64,000 nucleotides of DNA from a virus: IMG/VR virus record IMGVR_UViG_3300045988_151578, one strand, 5' to 3'. Made by a program: the position numbers and the translations under genes. Positions 28,871 through 39,377 of the stretch are shown here, piece by piece (positions within the stretch are counted from its first letter, which is position 1; each line of letters begins with the position of its first letter). The notes under the pieces were generated by a model. It saw nothing but the letters and a program-made list of their open reading frames with translations, searched no databases and was not told where the DNA came from.

Positions 28871-30625
28871 TTAAGCGTTATCAGTTGAATCTATAGATAC
28901 AGTACTTGAAGCTGCATCTATAGTAATAACTATAGATATTTCTTGCATAGGCACTACATCTTTATACTTAAGTATAGCCTTGTATTTACCCTGCCTTACA
29001 TCAGCTTCATTGTTTACTTCAAGATTAGAGTAGTCAGTTGCATATTGATCACCCATCCAGGTATACTCTGACATAGCATTCTGGTCTACCAAACTATCAA
29101 GCTTCGGTTTTACCTCTAAGTATATAGACTTCCATGTATCCCATATGTTAGGTTCCTCTATGTACTTCTCAAGTATAGGTCTAAGAGTTTTCTTAAGATA
29201 CAAGTTAAGTCTAACTATAGACAAGAATCTTTCAGAATCCTGTTTAACCTGAGAAGTGAATAGATGCCAAAGCATAGTCTGCTTACCCATTGAACTGGTG
29301 TCCTTAATTACGATCATGTTGATATAATTATGGGCCAGTTCGTTTAGATCATAGTACCTAGAGGGTGATCCATAGTTAGGACATACTGGACCTTTAGCAT
29401 CGGTTATAATTCCTCTATTAGCTCCAGCGAATGACTTCCATGGACCATAGTTACTAGCCGAAGAATCACCAAGACCAAGTATAGTACCAATTACATCACA
29501 ACTCTGAAGTCTTCCAGATTCATTATAGTACTTTATACCACCTCCGAAATATGCAATATACTTAGAGTTACCTATAGTATTCATAACTTCATTTTGCCAA
29601 GCTACCATGTCAGCAATTTTAGTTAAAGTCTTAGGTATCTCTATATAATAGGTGAATTCCTGCAAACTCTTTATTTCTTCGGCAATCTTAGTATGTATGT
29701 TGAGTTGATACTCCTTGTTGGTCTCTTCATCTTCATCAAATACTCGATTGTACAAGGATGAACAAGTTATCTGGTATACATCAACATAATCCTTGATAGT
29801 ATCGAAAGCATTAACCCAATCATCTACTGATCCCGGGTATTCTGCATTTGGCAGTTCTTCGTAGTTAGGCTGTATAACTTGTACCTTCTCATTACCACTA
29901 TTCCAATCAGTTACTGTAAGCTTATTGGTTGACTGATCATATTTCTTTATAGAATCTATGAGCTTATCAAAGCTTACTTCATCAAGATTACCCTTACTAT
30001 CTACAGGCTGGAAGTATGATGTATTGCTTATAAAGTCATACAACATCTGATAATCTACAGTAGTAGGGTTAACTTCAGTAGAATTCTGATAAGAGAAGAT
30101 ATTTCCACTTTCTACTTCTGTATTTGAGCTATCCTTAATTGAGTAAGTATAGTTTACTATACCCGAGGATTCTCTCTTTTTAAATGTTACCGTATAGGTA
30201 TCATCTTTCTGTCCGTTGATCTTTACTCCAAGCTTTAGAGTACCTAATTCACCAAAGGTTAGAAGAGTAAATGTTGGCTGACCTGCAGCACTTGCAAGTT
30301 CAGTCTCATATTCATCAGCCATCAATACACCAGCACCTGGATCTGAGAATTTTCCTGGCTGTATAGTTTCACTGGCACATACTCTTACTACTCGTAATTT
30401 AGAACCTAAAGCCAAAGCTTTCTTAACGTTTGAAATAGTACCATCTGGCATAACTTCATCACCATATATCCTTTGGAACTGTGGCCATGAAGTGATTATC
30501 TCCGAGGGGTCATTAAACGGACCTTTAGTAGTTCTTGTTATAATACAAGAAACTCCATTTAATGGAGTACTCTCTTGAACATTATTGTTCTCGAAAGTAA
30601 ATTTAACATAAGGTGAATTTGACAT
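28871..30625 (-). CDS. Tail sheath protein
   Basis: 584 aa immediately upstream of the tube gene. Size, order and overall composition fit contractile sheath proteins. Confidence 0.75.
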   Translation of the reverse strand: MSNSPYVKFTFENNNVQESTPLNGVSCIITRTTKGPFNDPSEIITSWPQFQRIYGDEVMPDGTISNVKKALALGSKLRVVRVCASETIQPGKFSDPGAGVLMADEYETELASAAGQPTFTLLTFGELGTLKLGVKINGQKDDTYTVTFKKRESSGIVNYTYSIKDSSNTEVESGNIFSYQNSTEVNPTTVDYQMLYDFISNTSYFQPVDSKGNLDEVSFDKLIDSIKKYDQSTNKLTVTDWNSGNEKVQVIQPNYEELPNAEYPGSVDDWVNAFDTIKDYVDVYQITCSSLYNRVFDEDEETNKEYQLNIHTKIAEEIKSLQEFTYYIEIPKTLTKIADMVAWQNEVMNTIGNSKYIAYFGGGIKYYNESGRLQSCDVIGTILGLGDSSASNYGPWKSFAGANRGIITDAKGPVCPNYGSPSRYYDLNELAHNYINMIVIKDTSSMGKQTMLWHLFTSQVKQDSERFLSIVRLNLYLKKTLRPILEKYIEEPNIWDTWKSIYLEVKPKLDSLVDQNAMSEYTWMGDQYATDYSNLEVNNEADVRQGKYKAILKYKDVVPMQEISIVITIDAASSTVSIDSTDNA

Positions 30626-30674
30626 ATCTTTGAATATTTAGTTATCCATTTATTAAAAATCACGTAGTATTGTA

Positions 30675-31373
30675 TTATTGTTGAATATGTAATATAGTCA
30701 TATCAGTTTCTTCTTTACCATAAGCTCCTATTAAGGTAATTATATCATTGATAGGTTTTATATCTTCATCGGTAATATTAGAATAATCTATGATACTGTC
30801 ATTACATGTGTAACTATATACTTTCTCTAATATGCCATGTTCTTTATCATTATAATCATAATAATTACCAATCTCTACATATATATTACCAGTAGGTTGT
30901 AATTTTTTATTTACCCAATCCTTAAAATCTCCAATATAAGGTACCAGATAACCTCTAGCAGGTAATGATAAATACATGATATTATGTAATAACCTTAATT
31001 CTGGCATATTGTTAGCTACCAGATGAACATCTATAGAAATGTCCTTAGTTTCAAAAGGATGCTCTACTCTATTAAAGTTACCATTGGCATTATCTTCTAT
31101 GGCATATTTTTCCATACCAATCATACCCGGGTAGTATGCTTGCAAATCTAGGGTTATTCTTGGGCATATTTTAGCTCCTCTAGTTTGATTATTTCCAACT
31201 CCAAAGATACTTACAAAGTTTTTAATACTACTTTTATCTTGTTCATAACGAGATTCATTCTCCTGGGATATTGGTAAATAATCGTCGGGATTTAAGGTTA
31301 ACCCCATATTTATAGCAGTACTAAGTAAACTGGCATAAAAAGTTCTTTCAACTATTTCCTCTGAGTTTACCAT
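30675..31373 (-). CDS. Neck/tail-terminator region protein
   Basis: Called by position only, between the head-completion genes and the sheath. Confidence 0.4.
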   Translation of the reverse strand: MVNSEEIVERTFYASLLSTAINMGLTLNPDDYLPISQENESRYEQDKSSIKNFVSIFGVGNNQTRGAKICPRITLDLQAYYPGMIGMEKYAIEDNANGNFNRVEHPFETKDISIDVHLVANNMPELRLLHNIMYLSLPARGYLVPYIGDFKDWVNKKLQPTGNIYVEIGNYYDYNDKEHGILEKVYSYTCNDSIIDYSNITDEDIKPINDIITLIGAYGKEETDMTILHIQQ

Positions 31374-31374
31374 A

Positions 31375-31992
31375 TTATTTAATTGTTAATTTAGTTTTAT
31401 CTCCCATACTCATACTATAAACTATAGATCCATAGAATTGAGTATATCGGTTAATAGATTCTCTTAAACCCTTAACTACCTCCTTTTTGAGTTTTTCTTT
31501 ACCTCCAGCTTGTTCATAGGCTGGTCTCCATAATGGTCTAGCCGGTAAATCACCATCACCAGAACCATACTCTAACATCCTAGCTATTTGAGCCATAGTT
31601 TTTCTACTTGACCCCTTTAAACCTGATGGTCTTCTTAAACCTTGTGGTAATCCAACATATACTATACCATTTTTACGAGTATCAACTTTAACGTATCTAG
31701 CATAAAATCCAGATAGGTAAAATATTGGATGAGGTCCTAAAGTTTTAACCGTAGATTGAGCATGAGGTTTCCAACTTACTCCATTTGGAGGTGTTCCCTT
31801 TTTTAAACATCTTTGTACTATCCTATACAGTCTATCAGCAAATCTATTAGCACCTATACTATACCCTTGAACTAATAATTTCGGTACATTATTTAAAAGA
31901 TTTACTGCTAACTTCTGTTTAGTTTGGTTAACATATATCCTTATTTCACCTAAACCTCTTAAGTCTATATTAGGTACTTTATTACTTGCCAT
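31375..31992 (-). CDS. Head-tail joining / tail completion protein (HK97 gp10-like)
   Basis: LPARPLWRPAYEQ resembles the conserved A-R-P-(F/L) motif of the HK97 gp10 family. Position in the neck module. Confidence 0.5.
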   Translation of the reverse strand: MASNKVPNIDLRGLGEIRIYVNQTKQKLAVNLLNNVPKLLVQGYSIGANRFADRLYRIVQRCLKKGTPPNGVSWKPHAQSTVKTLGPHPIFYLSGFYARYVKVDTRKNGIVYVGLPQGLRRPSGLKGSSRKTMAQIARMLEYGSGDGDLPARPLWRPAYEQAGGKEKLKKEVVKGLRESINRYTQFYGSIVYSMSMGDKTKLTIK

Positions 31993-32014
31993 ATAGTGTA
32001 ATTTATTTTAATTT

Positions 32015-32536
32015 CTAGAACTCTTCCCAATTTATAGATATAAATTCATCATGATATTCTCTATCCATAAACTTAGACCAAGTTTTTAATATAAGTCCTT
32101 GATATAGGATTTTACTTTTAATCCATAGACCTATAAAATTCATACATGATAAATCTGAATGTACAAAATCTGGGTAAAATTTTGAGTATGTCCAATTAGC
32201 TAAATATGTGATATCGCCCAAAGATAAATAATCAGGTATATCAATACTTAAACTATGTAAGTTATCATTGATCTGATTCGGTGACCAAATATGAGAAGTA
32301 CCATTTTTATTTTGTAATAGGCCACTGGCATATTCGGATAGTTCTAAATTAAACTTACCACCTACTCTCTTAAAGTATTTATCAAAGGCACTTTCATTAT
32401 CTTTAACCACTATATCCTGGTGAACTACCTTGATTGGGTGTTCATCACATTCATAGTTCACTTTAGTTTTATCGGGTAAATCCTGATCTTCACTCCGATT
32501 AGGGGTTTTACTTTTAAAAATAATAATCTTACTCAT
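32015..32536 (-). CDS. Hypothetical neck-module protein
   Basis: ORF in track with operon packing. No motif. Confidence 0.45.
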   Translation of the reverse strand: MSKIIIFKSKTPNRSEDQDLPDKTKVNYECDEHPIKVVHQDIVVKDNESAFDKYFKRVGGKFNLELSEYASGLLQNKNGTSHIWSPNQINDNLHSLSIDIPDYLSLGDITYLANWTYSKFYPDFVHSDLSCMNFIGLWIKSKILYQGLILKTWSKFMDREYHDEFISINWEEF

Positions 32537-32538
32537 AG

Positions 32539-33042
32539 CTATACCTTTTTAAGTAATTGAGATATCATATCCTTTAATTCTCCCATATCACTCTTTAATT
32601 CTCCAACATTACTTTCGATTTGTTTAAACCTACTTTCGGTCTCTCTTTTCTGTTTTATAACGGGATTATGTTCTGCCAATAATTCATCGCATAAATGAAC
32701 TACCTTCTTATTGTAAGGTTCTCTATCTAACTCACCCTGAGATTTATCTCTAAAGGTTTCCAATTCTTTTAGAGCAACTTCCTTACTTACACATATAACT
32801 ATATTATCCATAGCATATGAGGAATCCTTTTCACTAAAGGTATATCTTAAATTTGGATTGTGATTAGGTATACTTAATCTTAAATCCACCACTCTATCTG
32901 TAATTCCAGGTATACTAGAATCATAATGTGGATCGGTACTACTTTCTACTTTTAATGGAAAAAGTGTTAACTTATCTTGATCTATTTGGCTCTTATCTAA
33001 AATATATACAGAGCCACCTTCTTTAATATCTTTAAAAGTCAT
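32539..33042 (-). CDS. Hypothetical neck-module protein with C-terminal coiled coil
   Basis: The C-terminus ESRFKQIESNVGELKSDMGELKDMISQLLKKV is heptad-like. Confidence 0.45.
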   Translation of the reverse strand: MTFKDIKEGGSVYILDKSQIDQDKLTLFPLKVESSTDPHYDSSIPGITDRVVDLRLSIPNHNPNLRYTFSEKDSSYAMDNIVICVSKEVALKELETFRDKSQGELDREPYNKKVVHLCDELLAEHNPVIKQKRETESRFKQIESNVGELKSDMGELKDMISQLLKKV

Positions 33043-33070
33043 GATTGTATTTATTAAGTTTAGGTTATAT

Positions 33071-33110
33071 AAAAATATAGAAAGCCAGTAATTAGTAATT
33101 ACTGGCTTTT
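33071..33110 (-). terminator. Rho-independent terminator after ORF 33122..33505
   Basis: AAAGCCAGTAATTA-G-TAATTACTGGCTTT (33081-33109). The A5 run at 33071-33075 on the plus strand gives a U-run after the hairpin on the minus strand. Confidence 0.65.
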
Positions 33111-33121
33111 ATTAAGGGAAA

Positions 33122-33505
33122 CTATGCTGATACAAGAGCGATAGTCAAAGAATCATTAATCAATAGGCATCTACCATTTACATGAATAATTCTACCAACT
33201 GAATTAATGTTAACTGAACTAGGTACGGCTGTTTGACCTTGGAAGGATACATCAAAATTCTCTGTATACTTTGGGCTATTATTACCCATATTAGAAAAGC
33301 TTATAGTAGCAGTAACTGGTACAAATACTGTACTACCAACTAATGTAGGTTGACCGTAAGTATAATCAATGGTTATAGGTAAATTAGACCCACAACAAAT
33401 ACCTAAATTACGACATAATCTTTCACTAAATGAAGCCGTGATTGATATCTGATTGGCCGTTAAAGCTGTAGTGGCCAATCCTGCTGGAGATACATAAACA
33501 GACAT
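33122..33505 (-). CDS. Small beta-rich hypothetical virion-module protein
   Basis: 127 aa, rich in Ser/Thr/Val with four Cys (including ICCG). It is flanked by intergenic spacers and followed by its own terminator. Confidence 0.5.
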   Translation of the reverse strand: MSVYVSPAGLATTALTANQISITASFSERLCRNLGICCGSNLPITIDYTYGQPTLVGSTVFVPVTATISFSNMGNNSPKYTENFDVSFQGQTAVPSSVNINSVGRIIHVNGRCLLINDSLTIALVSA

Positions 33506-33568
33506 GGCCTAAAATTTTAATAACCTCTCCGGAGGAAATCACTATACAGTTTAAGGAATTTATTGAGC

Positions 33569-34810
33569 TTATATAAACTTGCTCTTTAAAGTATCAATCT
33601 CTTTTCTTAATCTCTGTATCTCTAATACTAATAAAGAGGTATAATCAACTGATTTATACCCTTTATCATCTTCTACAACTAAGTTATTAAGTCCTGCCTT
33701 CTCCAAATCTTGAGCTATTACTCCATAAGACTTAACCTTATTTTTGTCTTTCTTATAGTTAAACTCTTTAAACTCAATATTGGTAAGTTTATTCAGATCC
33801 TCAGTAATAGGATTTATATTCTCTTTTAATCTCTCATCAGAAGTTTGAGTAACTTTTGGTGTTGTAATAGAACCATCAGAATAATTTATGATAGTCCTTT
33901 GATTACCCAACTGCATATTCTTATTGGCCTGACAAACTATAAAAGCATAATCTCCAGTACCATCTGCAGTATCTACTTTTGCTTTGGTCTGTCTTACAAA
34001 TCTCCAATCTCCATTATTAGTATAAACTTGGAAAGAACACTCTGCTTGACCTCCAAAATCATTTATATAGCTCTCTGCCAGCCAACTTTCATACTTAGCA
34101 TAATAATCAACGGGTATAACTAAACCTTTTAGGGTTGTCTTACCATTTACTGTAAGATTATCTGTAACAGTTCCTCCACTTAATGGTAAATAAGTTTTTC
34201 CTCCATGAGATGTATATAAACTACTTAACTGCGAAGCCTGGATAGATGTCATGAATCCATTAGTAGAAGCTGATGCTTGAGGCATACTTACCTTTATCAT
34301 TTGAACATCTGGAGATGATGTATTTATAGGATCTCTGAAAGTAGTATGTTGAGCTACTAGTGGACCGTTAAAGAACAATCCAAACTTATTATCTTCAATA
34401 TTTATATCATGTAAAGTAGTACCAGGAGAAGTGAGAGAATTAGAAATAGACTTGTTAAAGAATACATGCTTTACTATCTTGGCTTTATCAGTAGCAACTT
34501 CATCAAGATTGGCTTTATCATTTTTAGACATCAATCCATCCTGTGAAGTACTAGCCAAACCTAAATCAGTTATATCAGATTTACTATGAGTATGATCAGC
34601 ATCAGCTTTCTCATTTAATTTACTCTGTAAACTACTTATATCCGATTTAGTGGCATACCCAGATAAATCTGGTTGACCACCATATATTATACCCTTAAAG
34701 AGGATTACACCTGTATCCTTAGCAAAATATAAACCTCCAGAATGGGAAGGAGGGCTATAAGAGCCCTCCTTCCCCTCAAAGAATTTTAACAAAGCCATAT
34801 TATACTTCAA
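33569..34810 (-). CDS. Tail/neck fibre with C-terminal intramolecular chaperone (peptidase S74) domain
   Basis: C-terminal SDERLKENINPI ... SYGVIAQDLEKAGLNNLV ... VDYTSLLVLEIQRLRKEIDTLK is the S74 chaperone-of-endosialidase signature. The N-terminus is paralogous to the next fibre. Confidence 0.75.
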   Translation of the reverse strand: MKYNMALLKFFEGKEGSYSPPSHSGGLYFAKDTGVILFKGIIYGGQPDLSGYATKSDISSLQSKLNEKADADHTHSKSDITDLGLASTSQDGLMSKNDKANLDEVATDKAKIVKHVFFNKSISNSLTSPGTTLHDINIEDNKFGLFFNGPLVAQHTTFRDPINTSSPDVQMIKVSMPQASASTNGFMTSIQASQLSSLYTSHGGKTYLPLSGGTVTDNLTVNGKTTLKGLVIPVDYYAKYESWLAESYINDFGGQAECSFQVYTNNGDWRFVRQTKAKVDTADGTGDYAFIVCQANKNMQLGNQRTIINYSDGSITTPKVTQTSDERLKENINPITEDLNKLTNIEFKEFNYKKDKNKVKSYGVIAQDLEKAGLNNLVVEDDKGYKSVDYTSLLVLEIQRLRKEIDTLKSKFI

Positions 34811-36323
34811 TTAAAGTTAGAGCAGTCTCCAAAGCTGCAACTCTAGTCTGAAGCGAGTTGAGATCATTCTGCTTAGCATAAGTAGTAGTGATCACATTAC
34901 CACTTGCATCCTGAGTAGCTTTGGTAGCTGATGTTGCAGTATTAGCATTACCCTTAAGATTACCCTTAAAGGTAGCAGCTGTAAGAGTTTTTGTAGACGG
35001 GTTGAAAGTAATACCATTACCTTTCTGTACTCCCTTAGTTTCCTGGTCTGTATTACCAGCAGTACCGGCCAACAATACGTTATATTCACCGTTAGTAACA
35101 TTTACAGCATTCTGAAGAACATTCTGGTCAGTCCAAGGTACAGAAACGTAAGCTTTTTCACTGTCGAGTTTAACGGCATAGTTCTTACCGCTTTCACTAT
35201 ATCCAATTTGAATACCTCCTCGAACACCTGATGCAGCCAAAGGTAGAGAATAGTTACTCAAACTCTCAAGCTTAGTCTTATCACCCTTAGACATAAGACC
35301 TGCAGCTGCAGTAGAAGCTAATGATAGCGTTACAACTTTATTTGAACCTGAAAGTGTGTGGAAAGTCAAAGTACCATTACTTGTACCGGCAGCCCAAGTA
35401 ATGTTAGTACCAAGAGCATCACTCTTCTTAGCATAAGTAGCATCAATATTGAGACCCTCAATAGCTGATACTTTCTTCTTGAGTGAAGCTATGTCAGTAG
35501 CATTTTGTTTACCCTTAGATCCCTCATAAGCAGTACCATGGGTTTCACCAAGAGCTATACTAGCTGATATCTCTACTAAGGCCTTACCATCCCAACGGTA
35601 TAGAATGTTAGTTCTTGAAGTACTGCCCGTAGCATCCGTAAGACGGAAGTTATAGATGGTATCTTCTTTAGGATCAGTACCTTCATCCCAACCACTTGAT
35701 AGTCTTTCGTAGATCTTCTTGGTATCTATTACATAGTAACGATCACCTTCTGATACACCAGATGATGGCAAGTTAGTACTGCTAGCTACAGCTTTCTCAA
35801 TACCGAATACTCTAGCCATCTGACCATCGAGCTGAGATACTGGAATTTTGCCACGTTCATCCAATGTAGCAACACCATTAGCAACTCCCATTTCGCTACG
35901 CTTAACCTGTGCATCATTGGTTACATTACCCAGGCTAATGTCGGTCTTAGTTATACTCGGATTAGAACTGATCTTCTTACCATTGATGGTATACCCATCT
36001 ACTGTAGTTTTTACAGCATTTATTGCCTGCTGCTGAGCAGTAGATACTGGTTTGTTAGCATCAGAAGTATTATCTACATTACCAAGTCCAACCATTGACT
36101 TGTTAAGTGTAATAGTAGTACTCTGAGTACCATCCGTATAAGCAATGGTCATAGTAGTACCACTGATATCTACACTCTTAACGGCTTTAAAAGATGTAGA
36201 CATACCGTAAGATATACCCTGGAAGATAATCTCTTTGGTATCAGTAGCAAAGTATACACCATACGGATAGGTTTCTTGTACATAAGAGGCTTTTTTACCT
36301 ACAATAAAATTAATAAGTGCCAT
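34800..36323 (-). CDS. Fibre protein (paralogous N-terminal anchor)
   Basis: MALINFIVGKKASY..GVYFATDTKEIIFQGISYG aligns with MALLKFFEGKEGSY..GLYFAKDTGVILFKGIIYG of 33569..34810. They share a GLMSK(G/N)DK motif. Gly/Thr/Ala-rich. Confidence 0.65.
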   Translation of the reverse strand: MALINFIVGKKASYVQETYPYGVYFATDTKEIIFQGISYGMSTSFKAVKSVDISGTTMTIAYTDGTQSTTITLNKSMVGLGNVDNTSDANKPVSTAQQQAINAVKTTVDGYTINGKKISSNPSITKTDISLGNVTNDAQVKRSEMGVANGVATLDERGKIPVSQLDGQMARVFGIEKAVASSTNLPSSGVSEGDRYYVIDTKKIYERLSSGWDEGTDPKEDTIYNFRLTDATGSTSRTNILYRWDGKALVEISASIALGETHGTAYEGSKGKQNATDIASLKKKVSAIEGLNIDATYAKKSDALGTNITWAAGTSNGTLTFHTLSGSNKVVTLSLASTAAAGLMSKGDKTKLESLSNYSLPLAASGVRGGIQIGYSESGKNYAVKLDSEKAYVSVPWTDQNVLQNAVNVTNGEYNVLLAGTAGNTDQETKGVQKGNGITFNPSTKTLTAATFKGNLKGNANTATSATKATQDASGNVITTTYAKQNDLNSLQTRVAALETALTLIEV

Positions 36324-36348
36324 AAAATTTGTTTTTAAAGTTAATGAA

Positions 36349-38457
36349 TTAAATTACGAATTGTATAGTTAATGAACCATATAAATCGGTTTTAACCTTC
36401 GATAAATCTTTCTGTATAGCCTCAATAGAACTTGTATTGTTATCTATTTTAGATCCCAAATCCAATTCCATATTGGCATCTGCATCTTTACGATCTTGAA
36501 TCTCTTTTGCTAAGGCAGTATCTATATCATTTAACTGACCTTCAATACCGGTTACCTTATCATTAAATCTAGATTGTAATTCCTCTCTAGCTTCAACTTC
36601 TGTATCAAGATCTTGTCTAAGTGTAGCTGTGGTATTTTCCAAAGCTACTACTCTTTCCTCTAAATTATTAGAACTATCAACTAAACTATCCAGAGTCTCT
36701 TTAAGGGTATCTACTCTACTCTGTAATCCCTGAATAAGTTCAAGATTACGTTGAATATTGGCAGTATTAGTATTTATCAAATCCCTCTGAGCATCTATTC
36801 TGTCGCTTAATGCTTTATCTGCATTGCTAAGAGTAGTATTAAGATTATTAATAATACCCGTTAAAGAATCTCTAAGAGAACTTATTTCATTAGAGATTTT
36901 ACTATCCAATTCTTTATCTGCCGTCTCTCTAGCAGATTTTTCGTTATCTATGTTAGTTTGTAACTGAGCATCAGCTGTATCTACCTTAGAACCCAATGAT
37001 TCTCTGGCTTCAACTTCAGTATTTAATTGTTCAGTTATAGCGGCTAATCTTTTAGTAATGGTAGCAGCAAAATTAGGATCATCACCAAGTGCCCTTGATA
37101 TCTCTTCGAGAGTATCTAATACTTCAGGAGCAGAACCAATGATCTTTTCTATTGCAGCATTTACTTGTTCCTCATTCTGATAATTAGCATCATTCTCTAA
37201 TTGAGATACCAGAGTTAATAACTTAGCTCCCTCATCTATGCTATTTAGTTTATCTAACAATTCATCGGTAAAGTCATTTTCTGATAAGCCTTTACCAGAT
37301 TCTTTATCTACCTTACCATCTAATGAACTATTGATAGTATCTACTTTAGATTGTAAATTCTCATCATACTGTTGGAATTTAGCATCAACACTGCCAGATA
37401 AATCTGATATAGTATGCTGTATGGAAGTATCTGCATTCTCCCGGGCTTTAGCTTCGGCTTCTAAATCCTTTTGTAAAAGAGCATCAGATTGAGTTCTGTC
37501 ATTGATTTCCTGAGTTACTCTTTCATCTACTTTAGTGATATTAGAGTTTACTTCAGAAATTTCATCAGTAATACGGCTATCTAAAGTATTATCAGCATCC
37601 TTACGATTCTGTATTTCCTGGGTTAAAGCATTATTTATTTCTCCAGCTTTAGTATCTGCATAAGTCTTAGCTTCCTGTATTTTAGAAGCTAATTCTGATT
37701 TATCCGATATCTGAGTTCTAGCTAAATCCTCTATCTTATCATTTAGTGATTTCTCGGCATTTGTAGCTCTACTCTCCTCTACTTCTACAAGAGAATTGGC
37801 ATAATCCTTAAGTTCACTGGCTTTACTTTCTATAGAAAGTTTAACCTTACCAAGATCTGATTCAATACCCGAAATATCATCTTGCAAAGTACCAATACTA
37901 TTCATCAATTCTGATTTGATACTATCGGCTTTGTTTGATACTTCGGCTATCTTAGCTAGTAGATTAGTATTGAAACTATCAAGTTCTTGTCTAATACTGT
38001 TTTCAGCAGCAGTAGCTCTACCTATCTCTGTATTAAGAGCATTAGATAAATCGGTTATTTTATTAAGGATAGTTGTAGCAAAATTGGGATCATTGTTAAG
38101 AGCATCGGCTAACTCTTTAAGAGTATCCAACGCTTCTCCTGAACCATCTATCAAATCATTTATTGCCTTTTCTACATCTTCCTTAGTTTGAAATTCTAAG
38201 TCATTCTCTAATTGAGATACCTTAGTTATAATATGATTAGTACACTCCTCTAGCTTAAGTTTAAGTTCATCAGTAAAGTCATTTTCTGATAAACCTTTAC
38301 CTGGCTCTTTATCTACCTTATTAGATAGGGAGAGTACAAAAGTTAGAAAATCTCTGAAAGTTCCTTCAAACCCGGCTTCCACAAAATCATTGTAATAACC
38401 TTGTTTAAGTCTCTCATCTATTTCTTCTCCACTTGAATAATACTTACTTACATACAT
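36349..38457 (-). CDS. Long coiled-coil fibre (fibritin/whisker-like) with internal duplication
   Basis: 702 aa, almost entirely heptad-like. The GKGLSENDFTDE...SQLEND...LDTL(K/E)E(L/I)..AL..DPNFA block appears twice (aa 48-150 and 383-487). Confidence 0.65.
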   Translation of the reverse strand: MYVSKYYSSGEEIDERLKQGYYNDFVEAGFEGTFRDFLTFVLSLSNKVDKEPGKGLSENDFTDELKLKLEECTNHIITKVSQLENDLEFQTKEDVEKAINDLIDGSGEALDTLKELADALNNDPNFATTILNKITDLSNALNTEIGRATAAENSIRQELDSFNTNLLAKIAEVSNKADSIKSELMNSIGTLQDDISGIESDLGKVKLSIESKASELKDYANSLVEVEESRATNAEKSLNDKIEDLARTQISDKSELASKIQEAKTYADTKAGEINNALTQEIQNRKDADNTLDSRITDEISEVNSNITKVDERVTQEINDRTQSDALLQKDLEAEAKARENADTSIQHTISDLSGSVDAKFQQYDENLQSKVDTINSSLDGKVDKESGKGLSENDFTDELLDKLNSIDEGAKLLTLVSQLENDANYQNEEQVNAAIEKIIGSAPEVLDTLEEISRALGDDPNFAATITKRLAAITEQLNTEVEARESLGSKVDTADAQLQTNIDNEKSARETADKELDSKISNEISSLRDSLTGIINNLNTTLSNADKALSDRIDAQRDLINTNTANIQRNLELIQGLQSRVDTLKETLDSLVDSSNNLEERVVALENTTATLRQDLDTEVEAREELQSRFNDKVTGIEGQLNDIDTALAKEIQDRKDADANMELDLGSKIDNNTSSIEAIQKDLSKVKTDLYGSLTIQFVI
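36997..37311 (-). repeat. Intragenic duplication, copy 2 (aa 383-487 of the coiled-coil fibre)
   Basis: Protein-level repeat read directly from the translation. Confidence 0.7.
38008..38316 (-). repeat. Intragenic duplication, copy 1 (aa 48-150 of the coiled-coil fibre)
   Basis: Protein-level repeat read directly from the translation. Confidence 0.7.
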
Positions 38458-38469
38458 AAAATGAGGATT

Positions 38470-38883
38470 TTAATCTTTAAAACAAAAAATTTCACTGTTA
38501 CCACATCTGAAGTATATACCATCCTGGCTAGCAAAACCATTATGTACATCCTCAGGATGTTCTGGATCCGGATCACCAGCATCTATTATGTCTCCCATTA
38601 TGATTCCATAATCTGGAAGAACATCTATACGAATTTTGATAATCTGACCAACTCCAATAACCTGAGTAATTACTCTATCGAATAATACTCCAAAATAATC
38701 TTGGAATATAGAAGTAAATTTTTGTCCAGATAAACTTTGATGTATAGCTAAATAATGACTATTCGAATCACTAATCTCTAAATGTAAACCAACGTTAGAT
38801 GAATTTACTTTTATAAGATTACTATCATACCAAACTTTACCATCTATGGTTACAGGAGTAAATCTTAAATAAACACCTGTCAT
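38470..38883 (-). CDS. Hypothetical structural-module protein
   Basis: ORF in track with operon packing. No motif. Confidence 0.5.
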   Translation of the reverse strand: MTGVYLRFTPVTIDGKVWYDSNLIKVNSSNVGLHLEISDSNSHYLAIHQSLSGQKFTSIFQDYFGVLFDRVITQVIGVGQIIKIRIDVLPDYGIIMGDIIDAGDPDPEHPEDVHNGFASQDGIYFRCGNSEIFCFKD

Positions 38884-38895
38884 ATCTGAATACGT

Positions 38896-39372
38896 TTAAG
38901 TTATAAAGGTTATCTTTGTATCTCTATCTCTTTTAAGAATCAATAAAAATACTAAAGCTTGATCTTTTGCTTGAGATACTTGAGTATCTCCACAGGGCAT
39001 ATAAGTAATACCATTGATGATAAATCTATCCTCCACCCAATTAAAATCCCAATACCCATCATCATTAAGATAATTATTATCTAAAAGATACCTATGAGAT
39101 ATCATGATTGATAAATTCTCATCATCTAACTGACCAGTAGTTGAAGCCTTGTTTATAGGCCAATTTCTAAAGGCATTATAATAACATAAAGCTTCTATTG
39201 TTAGGTTATAATAATGTGGAGTATAGTCCTCTCCATGAGTAAGTATTTGGTTCACATGTTTAGCCCATGTTATGGTTTGTCTACCAGCATCATCATCCAA
39301 AAAGTTCTGAATTATGAGCTTGTACCTATCCCAAGATTTATTAGATACATACTTTTTTGGTAACTTAGTCAT
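38896..39372 (-). CDS. Hypothetical structural-module protein
   Basis: ORF in track with operon packing. No motif. Confidence 0.5.
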   Translation of the reverse strand: MTKLPKKYVSNKSWDRYKLIIQNFLDDDAGRQTITWAKHVNQILTHGEDYTPHYYNLTIEALCYYNAFRNWPINKASTTGQLDDENLSIMISHRYLLDNNYLNDDGYWDFNWVEDRFIINGITYMPCGDTQVSQAKDQALVFLLILKRDRDTKITFIT

Positions 39373-39377
39373 AGTTA

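Noticed and set aside
33845-38685. ORFs 33845..34123(+), 34892..35101(-), 34921..35115(+), 35848..36036(+), 37238..37492(+), 37916..38191(+) and 38461..38685(+)
   Set aside because: They are antisense or alternative-frame ORFs inside the three fibre genes and 38470..38883. They have no independent start context.
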